Positions 9,816 through 19,884 are shown, counted from the first letter of the stretch. The stretch: 64,000 bases of DNA from a bacterium (GCA_965261595.1 CBDHDG010000004.1:672001-736000), one strand, 5' to 3'. Numbers and translations: made by a program. The notes: generated by a model not told the origin, from the letters alone.

Positions 9816-11627
9816 CTAACCGGCTTCCTGCACGGCCGGTTCGGTTTCTTCTTCCGACCCAATCTCGGCTTCGGGGTCTTCCTCCTCGGCGGCGGCGACA
9901 TCCGCGCCGTCTGACGCGTCGTCCCCCTCCGCCTCCCCCTCGGCCTCGTCCGGCGTCTCGACCACCTCCCCCCCGGAAAACGGCTCTTCTTCCGCCTCCA
10001 AGGCATCCGAGGCGTCCAGGGTTTCCGGCGGCGGAGCGGCATCGATCTCCTCGTCACTCGGAAGGTCGTCGGTCTCGGACGGGGTTTCCGATTGATCTTC
10101 TTCGTCGAGATCCCGAATTCCGATCTTGGAGCTTTCAGCCCCTTCATCGAAAAACTGACGCCGCTTTCTCCATCCCGTGAACGCCCCGGCCAGGCAGAGC
10201 AGGCCGAGGCCCATCATGCTCATCTGCGGCCACCGGGCTTTCCAGATGGACGGCCTTCGGACGACCGGTTTCGCGGGCTTCCGGGACGCGTCCGCGTCGA
10301 AAACGATCACCTTCCTCCGGCTCGGTTTCCGCTTTTTCACGCGCGGCTTCTCCGGAACGGATTTCTTCTCAGGGGGTTTCGGGGCGGGGATGTCAAAAAC
10401 GGGTTCAGGCGGCATACTGCCCTTTCGAAGGAACACCGGCACTTCCGTAATGGGGACGACCTTTCCGACGGGCCAACCCGATTTCGTCGCCACGGACTTC
10501 ACGAAAACAACCCGAACCACCGGAGGCCGGGCGCTCCCTTTCACAGGGATCGCGGGTATCTTATCGATCACCCGCTCCCCGCCGGCCGGGGCCGATTCCT
10601 CGAAAACCTGAGGGAGCGCGTCCGGAAGCCGGTAGGAGACTCCCTGTCCGGTCTTTTCTTCCGCCGCTCGCAACCCATCGGCCACAACGACCTTCTCTGT
10701 AGGAGCCCGGGGCGGATTCTTCGCCGGCGCGGGTTTCCGCGAAACGGATTTCTTTCCGAGACGCCGCCTTTTTGCCGGGGCCTTCCGCCGCCTCGGTGGC
10801 GCCGGCTTAGCCTTCCCCGCCCTCTCCTTCCCCCTCCCCCTCCGCTCCATCCGGAAGACAAGGGACAACCGGGCGTCCGGGGCGAGGCGGAGGATTCTGG
10901 ATTCTTCCCGGTAACCCTTCTTCCGAATCTTCAACTGGTGTTTTCCGGGTTTGAGGCCCAGAAGAAGAATGGGGGTCCTACCCTTCCACTTGCCGTCCAG
11001 GACCACCGCCGCCTGCCCGGGGGAGGAGACAATCCGCACGGTCCCGGTCCGGCCCGAAGCTTGCTTGCGCCGGTCCGGCGCACGGCGAGCCAGCTTCCGG
11101 GCCCGGTAGGAAGGCGGGAACAATGATTCGTTGAATGGCGGCGCGCCCAGGAGGTTCGCCTCCCTGACCCGCCCGCTCGGCCGTAGACGCGCGAGCCCAC
11201 TCTTGACCCACTTCAGCACTGGCCGTGATCTTGAATGATCGACATGGCCCCGGGGGATCGCCTCCAGGATTCGCTCGGCCTGCTCGGCGTACCGGATGGC
11301 CCGCGCCTTGTCGCCCATCCGTTCATGGGCATAAGACGCCAACGAAGCCGCCTCGACGACGTTGGCCCGGCCCGCGCTCCGCTCGCAAAATCCCGCGACC
11401 CGATCCAAGAATTTGGTAGCCATGGAGAATTTCCCTTGCTCCAGCATCCGCTGACCCACCTTGATGCTGAAGCGCGCTTCACTCACAGTCCCCCTGGATT
11501 TCGCCGGACCGTCGCATGAACCCGCCGAAAGGCCTCCGCCAACGGCCAGGAGAAATCCCGGAACGAGAATGAGGAGGCCGATCAAGAATCGATGCTTCGG
11601 TCGAATCATTGAAATTGATCCCAACAT
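9816..11627 (-). CDS. Membrane-anchored PEGA-domain protein with Lys/Pro-rich linker and acidic tail
   Basis: N-terminal hydrophobic segment; SSPGQAAVVLDG..GRTP..L.PGKH.L.I.K.GY PEGA motif; TM near C-terminus; D/E-rich tail. Start uncertain. Confidence 0.7.
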   Translation of the reverse strand: MLGSISMIRPKHRFLIGLLILVPGFLLAVGGGLSAGSCDGPAKSRGTVSEARFSIKVGQRMLEQGKFSMATKFLDRVAGFCERSAGRANVVEAASLASYAHERMGDKARAIRYAEQAERILEAIPRGHVDHSRSRPVLKWVKSGLARLRPSGRVREANLLGAPPFNESLFPPSYRARKLARRAPDRRKQASGRTGTVRIVSSPGQAAVVLDGKWKGRTPILLLGLKPGKHQLKIRKKGYREESRILRLAPDARLSLVFRMERRGRGKERAGKAKPAPPRRRKAPAKRRRLGKKSVSRKPAPAKNPPRAPTEKVVVADGLRAAEEKTGQGVSYRLPDALPQVFEESAPAGGERVIDKIPAIPVKGSARPPVVRVVFVKSVATKSGWPVGKVVPITEVPVFLRKGSMPPEPVFDIPAPKPPEKKSVPEKPRVKKRKPSRRKVIVFDADASRKPAKPVVRRPSIWKARWPQMSMMGLGLLCLAGAFTGWRKRRQFFDEGAESSKIGIRDLDEEDQSETPSETDDLPSDEEIDAAPPPETLDASDALEAEEEPFSGGEVVETPDEAEGEAEGDDASDGADVAAAEEEDPEAEIGSEEETEPAVQEAG

Positions 11628-11917
11628 CGAATTTCCCGCAAGTCGCCGGAAGCCGTTCCAACGCCTTAACGAGGTTCAAGTCCCGTGCCTTTTTTCGAGG
11701 ATTTCCGGGAGATCTTAAATTCGCGTTATCATGGACATATAAACATTTATAAAACAACATGTTAATATATAAATATTAATTTAATTTATTAAATTAATGA
11801 GCGGCGCTTCCTGTGAATTCGATGCAGGCGTTTTTGTTCGGGGAGAGGAAAAATCTTCCACGGCATGAAGGGTTTGCCGTTCCGGAGGAAGGCCGGCGGG
11901 TGGCCACGTCGCCCTTT

Positions 11918-12985
11918 TCACCGCGAAACATCGTCCCACAGCTCGACCGCCCGCCCCTCCCGGAAAGACCGATACGCGGCGAGGACGAAGGCCAGGGCCC
12001 GCCGCCCATCGTCCCCGGACAGATCCGCCGTTTCAGCGGCCGGAACCTCCCCGGCGGACATCGCGGATTGCCGGGCCCTCACCCCCCGCAAGAACTCGGC
12101 GTGCATCGCCGTGAAACCCGTCCGGTCTCTCGGGGACAAGAGATGAATCCTCCTCTTTTTTCCCGCAAGATAGAGAAAGTAGCCGTGGTTCTCGATATAA
12201 AGCGTCCCCTCCGTCCCGGAGACCGAGGAAAACTGCACCTTGCCGGGGGCCGGGATGCCCCAGGAATGGGTCAATTCCCCGACAACCCCGCCCTCATGCT
12301 CGCTGATGATGTGCACCGTATCCTCGAGGGGGACGCCCTCGCGGGTCTTCGGACCCCGGACGGCATAGACCTTCTTCGCCGCTCCAGCCAGACAGAACAA
12401 GGTGTCCACCCAGTGGATTCCCCCGTCCAGGAGCGCGCCGCCGCCCATCCGTTCCACATCGGTCCGCCATCCGCCATGCCTTGAGAGCTCCGAAATCTTC
12501 ACCCGGGCGCACTTCACCCGGCCAACGGCCCCCGCCTCGATGAGCCGCCGGGCCTTCCGGACGCTGGGTTTGAACCGGAAGTTCTCGGCCACCATCAGAA
12601 CACACCGGCCGCCGGTCTTCGATTCCGCCGCGCGGACGGCCCGGATGATTTCGTCGGCCTCCTCCAGCGTCCGTCCGAGGGGTTTTTCCATCAAAACGTG
12701 GACGCCGCGGGACGCGGCCAAAAGGGCGTGTTCAACGTGGAGATTGTGAGGCGTGCAGATGACAGCGGCGTGGACCCGCTCATCCCCGAGGGCCTGCTCG
12801 TGGGACCCGAAGCCGGCGTCCCCTCCGAACCGCGCCCGATACGTCTCGGCTTTTTCGGCCGAGCGGCTGGCGAAGAACAGCCGGGGTCTGTCTTTCAGAC
12901 GGCGGAGAGCCGCCGCGTGTCTGGGGGCGATCCCTCCGCATCCCACAATGCAAATACCGAGGGGTGAACGTGATTGGGCGGTCAA
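11918..12985 (-). CDS. Gfo/Idh/MocA-family oxidoreductase
   Basis: GCGGIA, ICTPH..H, HVLMEKP, GGGALLDGGIH..D. Confidence 0.9.
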   Translation of the reverse strand: MTAQSRSPLGICIVGCGGIAPRHAAALRRLKDRPRLFFASRSAEKAETYRARFGGDAGFGSHEQALGDERVHAAVICTPHNLHVEHALLAASRGVHVLMEKPLGRTLEEADEIIRAVRAAESKTGGRCVLMVAENFRFKPSVRKARRLIEAGAVGRVKCARVKISELSRHGGWRTDVERMGGGALLDGGIHWVDTLFCLAGAAKKVYAVRGPKTREGVPLEDTVHIISEHEGGVVGELTHSWGIPAPGKVQFSSVSGTEGTLYIENHGYFLYLAGKKRRIHLLSPRDRTGFTAMHAEFLRGVRARQSAMSAGEVPAAETADLSGDDGRRALAFVLAAYRSFREGRAVELWDDVSR

Positions 12986-13011
12986 TTACCGCTCCCGCAT
13001 CCCGCCGTGAC

Positions 13012-13171
13012 AGCGCGGCGTGCGCCGGCCGGGTGGTGATCCGTCCGACCCCTTCCAGCCGCCGCTTGGCCGGCGCGCAAGCGCCTCATTGAACCATCGA
13101 AGCGCCGTGCGCCACGGAGGTTGTCATCGGCGTATACACTTCAATCGCAACTTGGCTGGCGCGCAAGCGCC
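13012..13171 (+). repeat. Two tandem copies of the ~72-nt hairpin repeat
   Basis: Both end CTTGGC(C/T)GGCGCGCAAGCGCC and begin GCGC..GTGCGCC (self-complementary arms). Confidence 0.65.
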
Positions 13172-13180
13172 CAAGCGCCC

Positions 13181-13513
13181 TCAGCGGCCCTGGAGGTAGT
13201 CGCCCAACCTTCCCCGGGAATGTTCATCATCGTGGCAATCAGCGCAGAGGTTTTCCCAATTGCCGCCATCCGGCGGGTTGTTCCCCGGGTCGCCGTCCTT
13301 GTGGTGGACGGTGAGGAGATGGAGGTTCTCCCGCTCGAACTCCCGCCCGCACTTTGCGCATATCCATCCATGGAGCGCAAGGGAGCGCTCCCGATATCCG
13401 GCCTTCTTCCCGGACCTTGCGTCCTGAACGAAGTCCCGTATCTGATCGGGCTTAATCTCGGTCTTGAAAGGCCCTCTACCCCGCCGGCCTTTTCGGAATC
13501 CCGGACCCGGCAT
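13181..13513 (-). CDS. yajD: YajD-family HNH nuclease
   Basis: YRERSL..HGWICAKCGREF...NL..LTVHHKDG...NNPPDG.NWENLC..CHDDEHSR. Confidence 0.85.
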   Translation of the reverse strand: MPGPGFRKGRRGRGPFKTEIKPDQIRDFVQDARSGKKAGYRERSLALHGWICAKCGREFERENLHLLTVHHKDGDPGNNPPDGGNWENLCADCHDDEHSRGRLGDYLQGR

Positions 13514-13597
13514 TCTGAATTCTCCATAAAGTTAAATCACTTTATTTCAAATATTTAAATAATATAATATAAGGAAACATATTAATAATACTGAAAC

Positions 13598-14005
13598 TTA
13601 TTTCTCTTCGGATCCGGGTTGGGGCCGGCTTATTGGGAGGCCTTCGAGAATCGCCTGGACGGAGGCGTCCGGCCCATCGGACGTCCGGCCTTCATCCGGC
13701 ATCCTGAGCCGTTCGACAACCTCGCCGCCGACGATGTGCCGCTCGACGATCTCCTTCACGTCATCGGCGCCGCCGACCCAGTACCAGACAGCCTCGGGGT
13801 AGACGACCACGCTCGGCCCGAGATCGCAGGCGTCCAGGCAACCGGCCCGGTTGGCCCGCACCACGCCCTGCAAGCCGTGACGCTCGATTTCGGCCTTGAA
13901 GAGCTTTCGCAGGTCCCCGGCGCCGCGATCCATGCAACAGCCCCTCGGGTCGCTCGGGTCCCGCTGGTTCTCACAGACGAAAATGTGATGTTTGAAGGGC
14001 GGCAT
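13598..14005 (-). CDS. Thioredoxin-like [2Fe-2S] ferredoxin
   Basis: HIFVC.N.R....RGCC, GCLDAC..GP.VVVYPE.VWY. Confidence 0.88.
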   Translation of the reverse strand: MPPFKHHIFVCENQRDPSDPRGCCMDRGAGDLRKLFKAEIERHGLQGVVRANRAGCLDACDLGPSVVVYPEAVWYWVGGADDVKEIVERHIVGGEVVERLRMPDEGRTSDGPDASVQAILEGLPISRPQPGSEEK

Positions 14006-14164
14006 TGTTCACATCGCTCCGGACCCCCGAAAGTATATCACAAGCGGTTGAAGGCCCTTCGAACCCCAGGATACCCAAACCCATCTCTTTGAAAGCAATC
14101 GGAGTTCCCTCCGGGCGGAACTCCGAATGGAATCCGGATTATCAAATCGTCCGGACCCGGCGCG

Positions 14165-14610
14165 TCAGGGCTTGATGAAGGAGACAACGAGGTTCTGACA
14201 GAAGTGATGACCGAGGCGCCGCTCCAGGGCGGCCCACAAGGCGCCGTACACCTTGTCCACCGGCCGAAAGGGGGGCAGACACCGGGACAATTTTCCGGCC
14301 AGGTCCCGCATGATCCAGGCCGGCTCCCCCCAGGAACGCCAGTGCCCATAACCCATCGTCCTGTCGACGCGCAGTCCGGCCCTCCGGCCCAGCCTCCGCA
14401 AACCGGCGGCGGTGAAATCCGTCTCCCAACCGTATTTCCAAGCGCCGCGCCTCATCTTCCACCGCTTCATGACGGCATAACCGGAAAACCTTTGCGGGAC
14501 ATCGACGATCAACCGGCCGCCCGGCCGCAGGACGCGGACCTGTTCGCTCATCGCCCGGCCCGGATCAGGAAAGTGTTCCAGGACCCCCTGTGAGAACACG
14601 ACGTCCCGGC
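14165..14610 (-). pseudogene. C-terminal fragment of a class I SAM-dependent methyltransferase
   Basis: DVVFSQGVLEHF..P......RVLRPGG motif; SAM-binding motif I and start missing. Confidence 0.6.
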
Positions 14611-14710
14611 ACCGTCAAGCCATCCTTCGGGCGAATGGGCAGGTTGAATCCAAACGGCGTCGATATCGGACCCTCGAATAAACGGCGAACGGAAGGGCAT
14701 TCCGTGGGCA

Positions 14711-14962
14711 TCAAACGGCAATCCCGCCCGCGATGGGCGGAAAGATTCCAACCACGTCCCCTTCGGCCAGACGCTCCTCCGCTGAAACCTGCCGGTGATT
14801 CCGCATCAAGAGATTCACCTCCTCCCGCGGGATCCCCATGCGCCGGATGATGTCGGACACCCGGGCCCCCTCGGGTAAATCCAGGGTGGAGCGCTTCCCG
14901 CGCCGGTCTTCCGGCGGAAGATACCCGATGAAGTGCGCAAAGACCCGGACCTCAATTCTCAC
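14711..14962 (-). CDS. MoaD/ThiS-family sulfur carrier
   Basis: 83 aa, LAEGDVVGIFPPIAGG motif followed by IAV. Confidence 0.85.
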   Translation of the reverse strand: MRIEVRVFAHFIGYLPPEDRRGKRSTLDLPEGARVSDIIRRMGIPREEVNLLMRNHRQVSAEERLAEGDVVGIFPPIAGGIAV

Positions 14963-16190
14963 GGCGCAGGACCTCTCTGGCCGCCGCGAGGGCCTCCTCG
15001 TGCACCCGCCGGAGGGGAACCCCTTGCTCCCGCGCCGCCCGGCGGCAATCCTCGTACTCGGGCGACACCCCCGGGTCCGGCCCCCCGCACGGGGAAGACA
15101 CCTTGACCCTCAGCGGGCCGTATCGCGTCCGCACCGTCATCTCGCGGCGCGCGACCGCCAGCCGGTCGGTCCAGGTCCAACGGACGCCGAGGCTCGATGT
15201 CTCTCGCAGGACCGCATGCACGAGGGCGCTCTTCTTCTCTGGCCGGCCCAACACGGAGAGGAGGATTCCGGGGCGGGATTTCTTCATGCCCACCGGCGTC
15301 CAATAGACATCCAACGCCCCCTCCGCGAAGAGGATCTCACCCACGTGCTCGTAGAACTCGGGGTTCATGTCGTCGATGTTGGCCTCGATGAGGACCAGGC
15401 GCTCGATGACCGCTCCCCCGCCCTCCCCATCCATCCCCTCTTCCACCGGCTCCCCCAGGACGAGCCGCAAGACGTTGGGCCGTTCCAGGTCCCGGGTTCC
15501 CGCGCCGTACCCCACGGCCTTGAGCCGCATGGGCGGCATGGGGCCGAAGGCGTCCGCCAGCGTCGTCAACAGGGCCGCGCCGGTCGGCGTCACGAGCTCG
15601 GCCTCGATCCCGGTCCCCCGAACCGGCACATCCCGGACCAGCTCCAGCGTGGCCGGGGCCGGAACGGGCTGTTGTCCGTGGGCGGAGCGGATGAACCCGG
15701 CGCCCAAAGGGAGCGGCGAAGCCTCGACGCGCCCGACGCCCAACAGGGCGAGGCCCGCGACCGCTCCCACGATGTCCGCGATGGCGTCCAGGGCCCCGAC
15801 TTCGTGGAAATGGACCTCCTCAATCCCGATGCGGTGAATCCGGGACTCCGCCTCGGCCAGACGGCGAAAGACCCGCAGGCTCTTCTCCTTCACCGCCTCC
15901 GAGAGGGCGCTCGATTCGATGATCCGCCGGACCTCGGCGTAGCGGCGGTGTTCGTGGCGCTCCTCCCCCGGGGGAGGGTGGGAGGGGGGGCGGGCCGGGG
16001 TCACGACATCCACCTTTGTGGCGCCGAACCCGTTCTTCTTGACGGACCTTGCGCGCAAGGACAGGCCCGGCAAGCGAAGCCGGTCGATCTCCCCCTGAAG
16101 GTCTTCGATGGGAAGACCCGCGTCCACCAGGGCCCCCAGCGTCATGTCTCCGCTGACGCCCGACACGCAGTCGAAGTAGGCGAGCGTCAC
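14952..16190 (-). CDS. larC: Nickel-pincer cofactor nickel insertase
   Basis: YFDCVSGVSGDM.LGAL, VHFHEVGALDAIADIVG, PVPAPAT, ELVTPTGAA, EANIDDMNPE, MKKSRPG. Confidence 0.95.
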   Translation of the reverse strand: MTLAYFDCVSGVSGDMTLGALVDAGLPIEDLQGEIDRLRLPGLSLRARSVKKNGFGATKVDVVTPARPPSHPPPGEERHEHRRYAEVRRIIESSALSEAVKEKSLRVFRRLAEAESRIHRIGIEEVHFHEVGALDAIADIVGAVAGLALLGVGRVEASPLPLGAGFIRSAHGQQPVPAPATLELVRDVPVRGTGIEAELVTPTGAALLTTLADAFGPMPPMRLKAVGYGAGTRDLERPNVLRLVLGEPVEEGMDGEGGGAVIERLVLIEANIDDMNPEFYEHVGEILFAEGALDVYWTPVGMKKSRPGILLSVLGRPEKKSALVHAVLRETSSLGVRWTWTDRLAVARREMTVRTRYGPLRVKVSSPCGGPDPGVSPEYEDCRRAAREQGVPLRRVHEEALAAAREVLRREN

Positions 16191-16951
16191 GTCCCGATCC
16201 GGTTGATTTTGTCGGCCTGAACCGCGGCGCCAAACCCGTTGTCGATGTTCACCACCGAAACCCCCGGGGCGCAGGAATTAAGCATGGCGAGCAGCGCGGC
16301 CAGCCCGCCGAAGCTCGCCCCGTAGCCGACGCTCGTCGGGACCGCGATGACCGGGCAGTCCACCAGCCCGCCGACAACGCTCGGCAGCGCCCCCTCCATC
16401 CCCGCCACGACGATGATCACCCGGGCCTTGCGGAGGATCGGCCACCTGTCGAGCAATCGCGGAAGGCCGGCCACGCCCACGTCGTAAACACGCTCCACCC
16501 GGTTGCCCCACGCCTCGAGCGTGAAGGCCGCCTCCTCGGCGACGGGATAATCCGCCGTCCCGCCGGAAGCCACCGCCACCCGGCCGAATCCGTCCCTCGG
16601 CGAAGCCGGGGGCTCACGGCGGATGAGAGCGATGCGGGCCTCGGGGTTGCACTCAAATGGAAATCCCAGGGATTCCAGGGCCCGCGCGGATTCCGGCGGG
16701 AGCCGGGTCGCCAGGACCATGTCCTCGCCGCCCCTCAGAATCTCCCGGGCGATGTCACGGGTCTGATCCGGCGTCTTCCCCTCGGCGAAGATGACTTCGC
16801 CGCGTCCGGTCCGCAGGGCCCGGTGATGATCGACCTTCGCGAAGCCGAGATCGGTGAAAGGCATCGCCCGGAGGCGATCGAGGGCCTCCTCCGGGGCGAC
16901 CCGGCCCGCCTCGACCTCGATCAGCAAGGACCTCAGGCGATCAACGTTCAT
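16187..16951 (-). CDS. larB: Nickel-pincer cofactor biosynthesis carboxylase/hydrolase
   Basis: AKVDHHR..R.G..EVI..EGKT, DVGVAG, VAGMEGALPSVVGGL, PTSVGYGA, VNIDNGFGAA. Confidence 0.95.
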   Translation of the reverse strand: MNVDRLRSLLIEVEAGRVAPEEALDRLRAMPFTDLGFAKVDHHRALRTGRGEVIFAEGKTPDQTRDIAREILRGGEDMVLATRLPPESARALESLGFPFECNPEARIALIRREPPASPRDGFGRVAVASGGTADYPVAEEAAFTLEAWGNRVERVYDVGVAGLPRLLDRWPILRKARVIIVVAGMEGALPSVVGGLVDCPVIAVPTSVGYGASFGGLAALLAMLNSCAPGVSVVNIDNGFGAAVQADKINRIGT

Positions 16952-17816
16952 GCGCGAAAACGGGTGTGGAGATGACCGGCAGCGGGATCGACCCGGGACG
17001 ATCGGCGGGCGGCCCGTTCAGGCTCCCGGTGCGGTACCCCTTCAGGTCTACGGAGACCTTGGGAAACCCGATCCGCTGAAACGCGCGAGAGACCGCGTCC
17101 ATCATGCCGGGCTCGAAGAACCGGGCGATCTCCCCCGCCTCCACCTCGATCCGGGCCAACGGTCCGTGGTGGCGGACCCGGAGCTGGCGAAAGCCGAGCC
17201 CCCTCAAATGGGCCTCGGCCCGCTCCACCGTCCTGAGCTTCTCGGCGGTCACCCGCTGTCCCCGGGGAATCCGCGAGGCCAGACAGGCCATGGCCGGCTT
17301 GTCCCAGGTGGGCAGCCCCATCGCCTTGGAGAGGACGCGAATCTCCGCCTTGGTCAGGTCCGCCTCCAGCAAGGGGCTGCGAACGCCGTACGCCCGCGCG
17401 GCCGCCCGCCCGGGCCGCTCATCGGACAGGTCGTCCGGGATTGTGCCGTCCGCCACGCAGGCGATTCCCTCGCGGTCCGCAATCGAGACCAGCCGGCGGA
17501 AAAGCTCTTCCTTGCAGAAAAAGCACCGGTCGGCGGCATTGGCGGCGTATCGCGGATCGGCCAGCTCCCGGGTGTCGATCTCGAGGAGACGGATGCCGAT
17601 CCGCTCGGCCACGCGCCGGGCCTCGGCGAGATCGGACGCCGGAAGAGAGGGCGACCGCCCCGTCACCGCGAGGGCGCCGTCGCCCAGGACGCGCCTTGCG
17701 GCGTCGGCCAGAAAGGCGCTGTCCACCCCGGCGGAGAACGCCACCAGGACGCTTCCCATCCGGAGGAGGATCGTTTCCAGATTCCGGTGTTTCTGTTTCG
17801 TCGGCGGGGGGATCAA
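16941..17816 (-). CDS. larE: ATP-dependent sulfur insertase of NPN biosynthesis
   Basis: PP-loop SAGVDS, RCFFCK, KPAMACLASRIP, RVRHHG, DLKGYRTGS. Confidence 0.95.
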   Translation of the reverse strand: MIPPPTKQKHRNLETILLRMGSVLVAFSAGVDSAFLADAARRVLGDGALAVTGRSPSLPASDLAEARRVAERIGIRLLEIDTRELADPRYAANAADRCFFCKEELFRRLVSIADREGIACVADGTIPDDLSDERPGRAAARAYGVRSPLLEADLTKAEIRVLSKAMGLPTWDKPAMACLASRIPRGQRVTAEKLRTVERAEAHLRGLGFRQLRVRHHGPLARIEVEAGEIARFFEPGMMDAVSRAFQRIGFPKVSVDLKGYRTGSLNGPPADRPGSIPLPVISTPVFAHER

Positions 17817-17923
17817 AATCGGTCTCTGGGCGCGAAGTGGACGGGAGTTCAGGGAATGAGGATAATGCCCTTACATATACTTCATTATCTTCCCAAATGT
17901 CCGTTTAGGCAACGGAGGCAACG

Positions 17924-19234
17924 ATGGCGAAGGAGAAAGCCCCGGTTGCGGGCCAGGCGTCGACAGCGGAGACCCCGCTTCCGGCCAAGCGCTCGATGTT
18001 CGAGAACGCCCAGCTCTATTTCGACCGGATCGCCGAACAGATGGATCTGGACGATGGAATCCACCAGCTCCTTCGCACGCCGGTGCGCGAGCTGACGGTC
18101 AACTTTCCCGTCGTTTTGGATGACCGCACCGTCCGGATCTTTCAGGGATACCGGATTCAGCACAGCCTCCTGCGCGGACCGGCCAAAGGGGGCATCCGCT
18201 ACGCCCCCTCCGTCACGCAGGATGAGGTCCGGGCGCTGGCCATGGGGATGACCTGGAAGACAGCGGTCGTCAACGTTCCTTTCGGCGGGGCGAAAGGCGG
18301 GGTCCGCGTCAACCCCAAGGAGGTCTCCGATCGCGAGCTGGAGCGGATCACCCGGCGTTATACGTCGGACATTTCGATCATCATCGGTCCCGACAGCGAC
18401 ATTCCGGCTCCCGACATGGGAACCGACGCCCGCGTCATGGCCTGGATCATGGACACCTACAGCATGAACAAGGGTTTTTCGATTCCGGGCGTCGTCACCG
18501 GGAAGCCGATCTCGATCGGCGGATCCCTGGGGCGGGTCGAGGCCACGGGACGGGGCGTCATGTTCGCCACCGTCCTGGCCGCGAAGAAGCTCAACATCAA
18601 CCTTCACGACGCCAAGGTCGCCATCCAGGGCTTCGGCAATGTGGGATCGGTGACCGCCAAGATCCTGGATGAAATCGGCTGCCGGATCATCGGCGTCAGC
18701 GACGGGGAGGGGGGCATCCACAATCCGTCGGGGCTCGACATGGAAGCCGTCTTCGAATACAAGGACGGACCCGGCGGCCAATCGGTCAACGGGTTTCCCG
18801 AGGCGGACGCCCTGTCGAGCGACGAAGTCCTCTATCTGGACGCGGACATCGTGATCCCCGCCGCCATCGAGAACCAGATCCGGGCCGACAACGTGGACCG
18901 CATCCGGCCCCGGCTCCTCATCGAGGCGGCCAACGGACCCACCACGCCGGAAGCGGACGCGGCGCTTCTCGACCGGGGGGTCTTCATCGTGCCCGATATC
19001 TTCGCCAACGCCGGCGGCGTCATCGTCTCTTATCTGGAGTGGGTTCAGAACCTTCAGGAATTCCAGTGGACGGAGGAATCCATCAACCACCAGCTCAGGC
19101 GGACGATGGAAGAGAGCTTTCACGAGATCAACGAGATCGCCGATCAGAAGAAGGCCGACATGCGGACGGCCTCTTACCGCCTCGCCGTGAACCGGGTCGC
19201 CGAGGCGTTCAACGTCCGGGGCATTTTCCCGTAA
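17924..19234 (+). CDS. gdhA: Glu/Leu/Phe/Val dehydrogenase (glutamate dehydrogenase)
   Basis: GPAKGGIRY, MTWK, FGGAKGG, DIPAPD, QGFGNVG, EAANGP. Confidence 0.93.
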   Translation: MAKEKAPVAGQASTAETPLPAKRSMFENAQLYFDRIAEQMDLDDGIHQLLRTPVRELTVNFPVVLDDRTVRIFQGYRIQHSLLRGPAKGGIRYAPSVTQDEVRALAMGMTWKTAVVNVPFGGAKGGVRVNPKEVSDRELERITRRYTSDISIIIGPDSDIPAPDMGTDARVMAWIMDTYSMNKGFSIPGVVTGKPISIGGSLGRVEATGRGVMFATVLAAKKLNINLHDAKVAIQGFGNVGSVTAKILDEIGCRIIGVSDGEGGIHNPSGLDMEAVFEYKDGPGGQSVNGFPEADALSSDEVLYLDADIVIPAAIENQIRADNVDRIRPRLLIEAANGPTTPEADAALLDRGVFIVPDIFANAGGVIVSYLEWVQNLQEFQWTEESINHQLRRTMEESFHEINEIADQKKADMRTASYRLAVNRVAEAFNVRGIFP

Positions 19235-19278
19235 TCCCCCGCGCGATTCCTTACGGGAGGGGGGAGGAGGGAGGGGCA

Positions 19279-19884
19279 ATGTCACGGAAGCGAAGCCTTT
19301 GGGCCGCGCTCATCGCGTGGGTCCTTCTCGTTCCGCCGGCCCCAGGCCCGGCGGCGGCGAAGAAAGACCGGGGAAAATATTCCTCCTCCTCCTCCCCCTT
19401 TCGGATTCTCAAGCGCCGTCCGAAGTTCGGTCTCGTCCGATTCCCGAAAGCGCGCCCCTCGCCTGAATTCAGCCTCCCGGATCTCGAAGGGAAAATCGTC
19501 CGCCTTTCGGACCTTCGCGGCAAGGTGCTGGTCTTGAATTTCTGGGCCACCTGGTGTCCCCCCTGCGTGGAAGAAATGCCCAGCCTCGAGAAGCTCCACC
19601 GGCATTTCCAGGGAAGGCCGTTCGAGGTGGTCGCTGTCTCGGTAGACGCCGAAGGTGTGGAGAAGGTCCGGGAATTCGTGAAAAAAGGAGGATTCACCTT
19701 CCGGGTCCTGCACGACCGGAAAAAGACGACGGAGCGCCCTTTCGGCGTCCGCGGCCTTCCGATCTCCTACGTGATCGACACCAAAGGGAGGATGGTGGCG
19801 GGGGCCATCGGGGCCAAGGATTGGGCCTCGAAGAAGGCTTACGCGTACTTCGAGGGGCTTTTGAAGGGTGTTTCGAGCCCATAG
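19279..19884 (+). CDS. TlpA/ResA-like periplasmic thiol-disulfide oxidoreductase
   Basis: Signal peptide; LNFWATWCPPCVEEMP; GLP cis-Pro loop; GGAGGAGG RBS. Confidence 0.9.
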   Translation: MSRKRSLWAALIAWVLLVPPAPGPAAAKKDRGKYSSSSSPFRILKRRPKFGLVRFPKARPSPEFSLPDLEGKIVRLSDLRGKVLVLNFWATWCPPCVEEMPSLEKLHRHFQGRPFEVVAVSVDAEGVEKVREFVKKGGFTFRVLHDRKKTTERPFGVRGLPISYVIDTKGRMVAGAIGAKDWASKKAYAYFEGLLKGVSSP

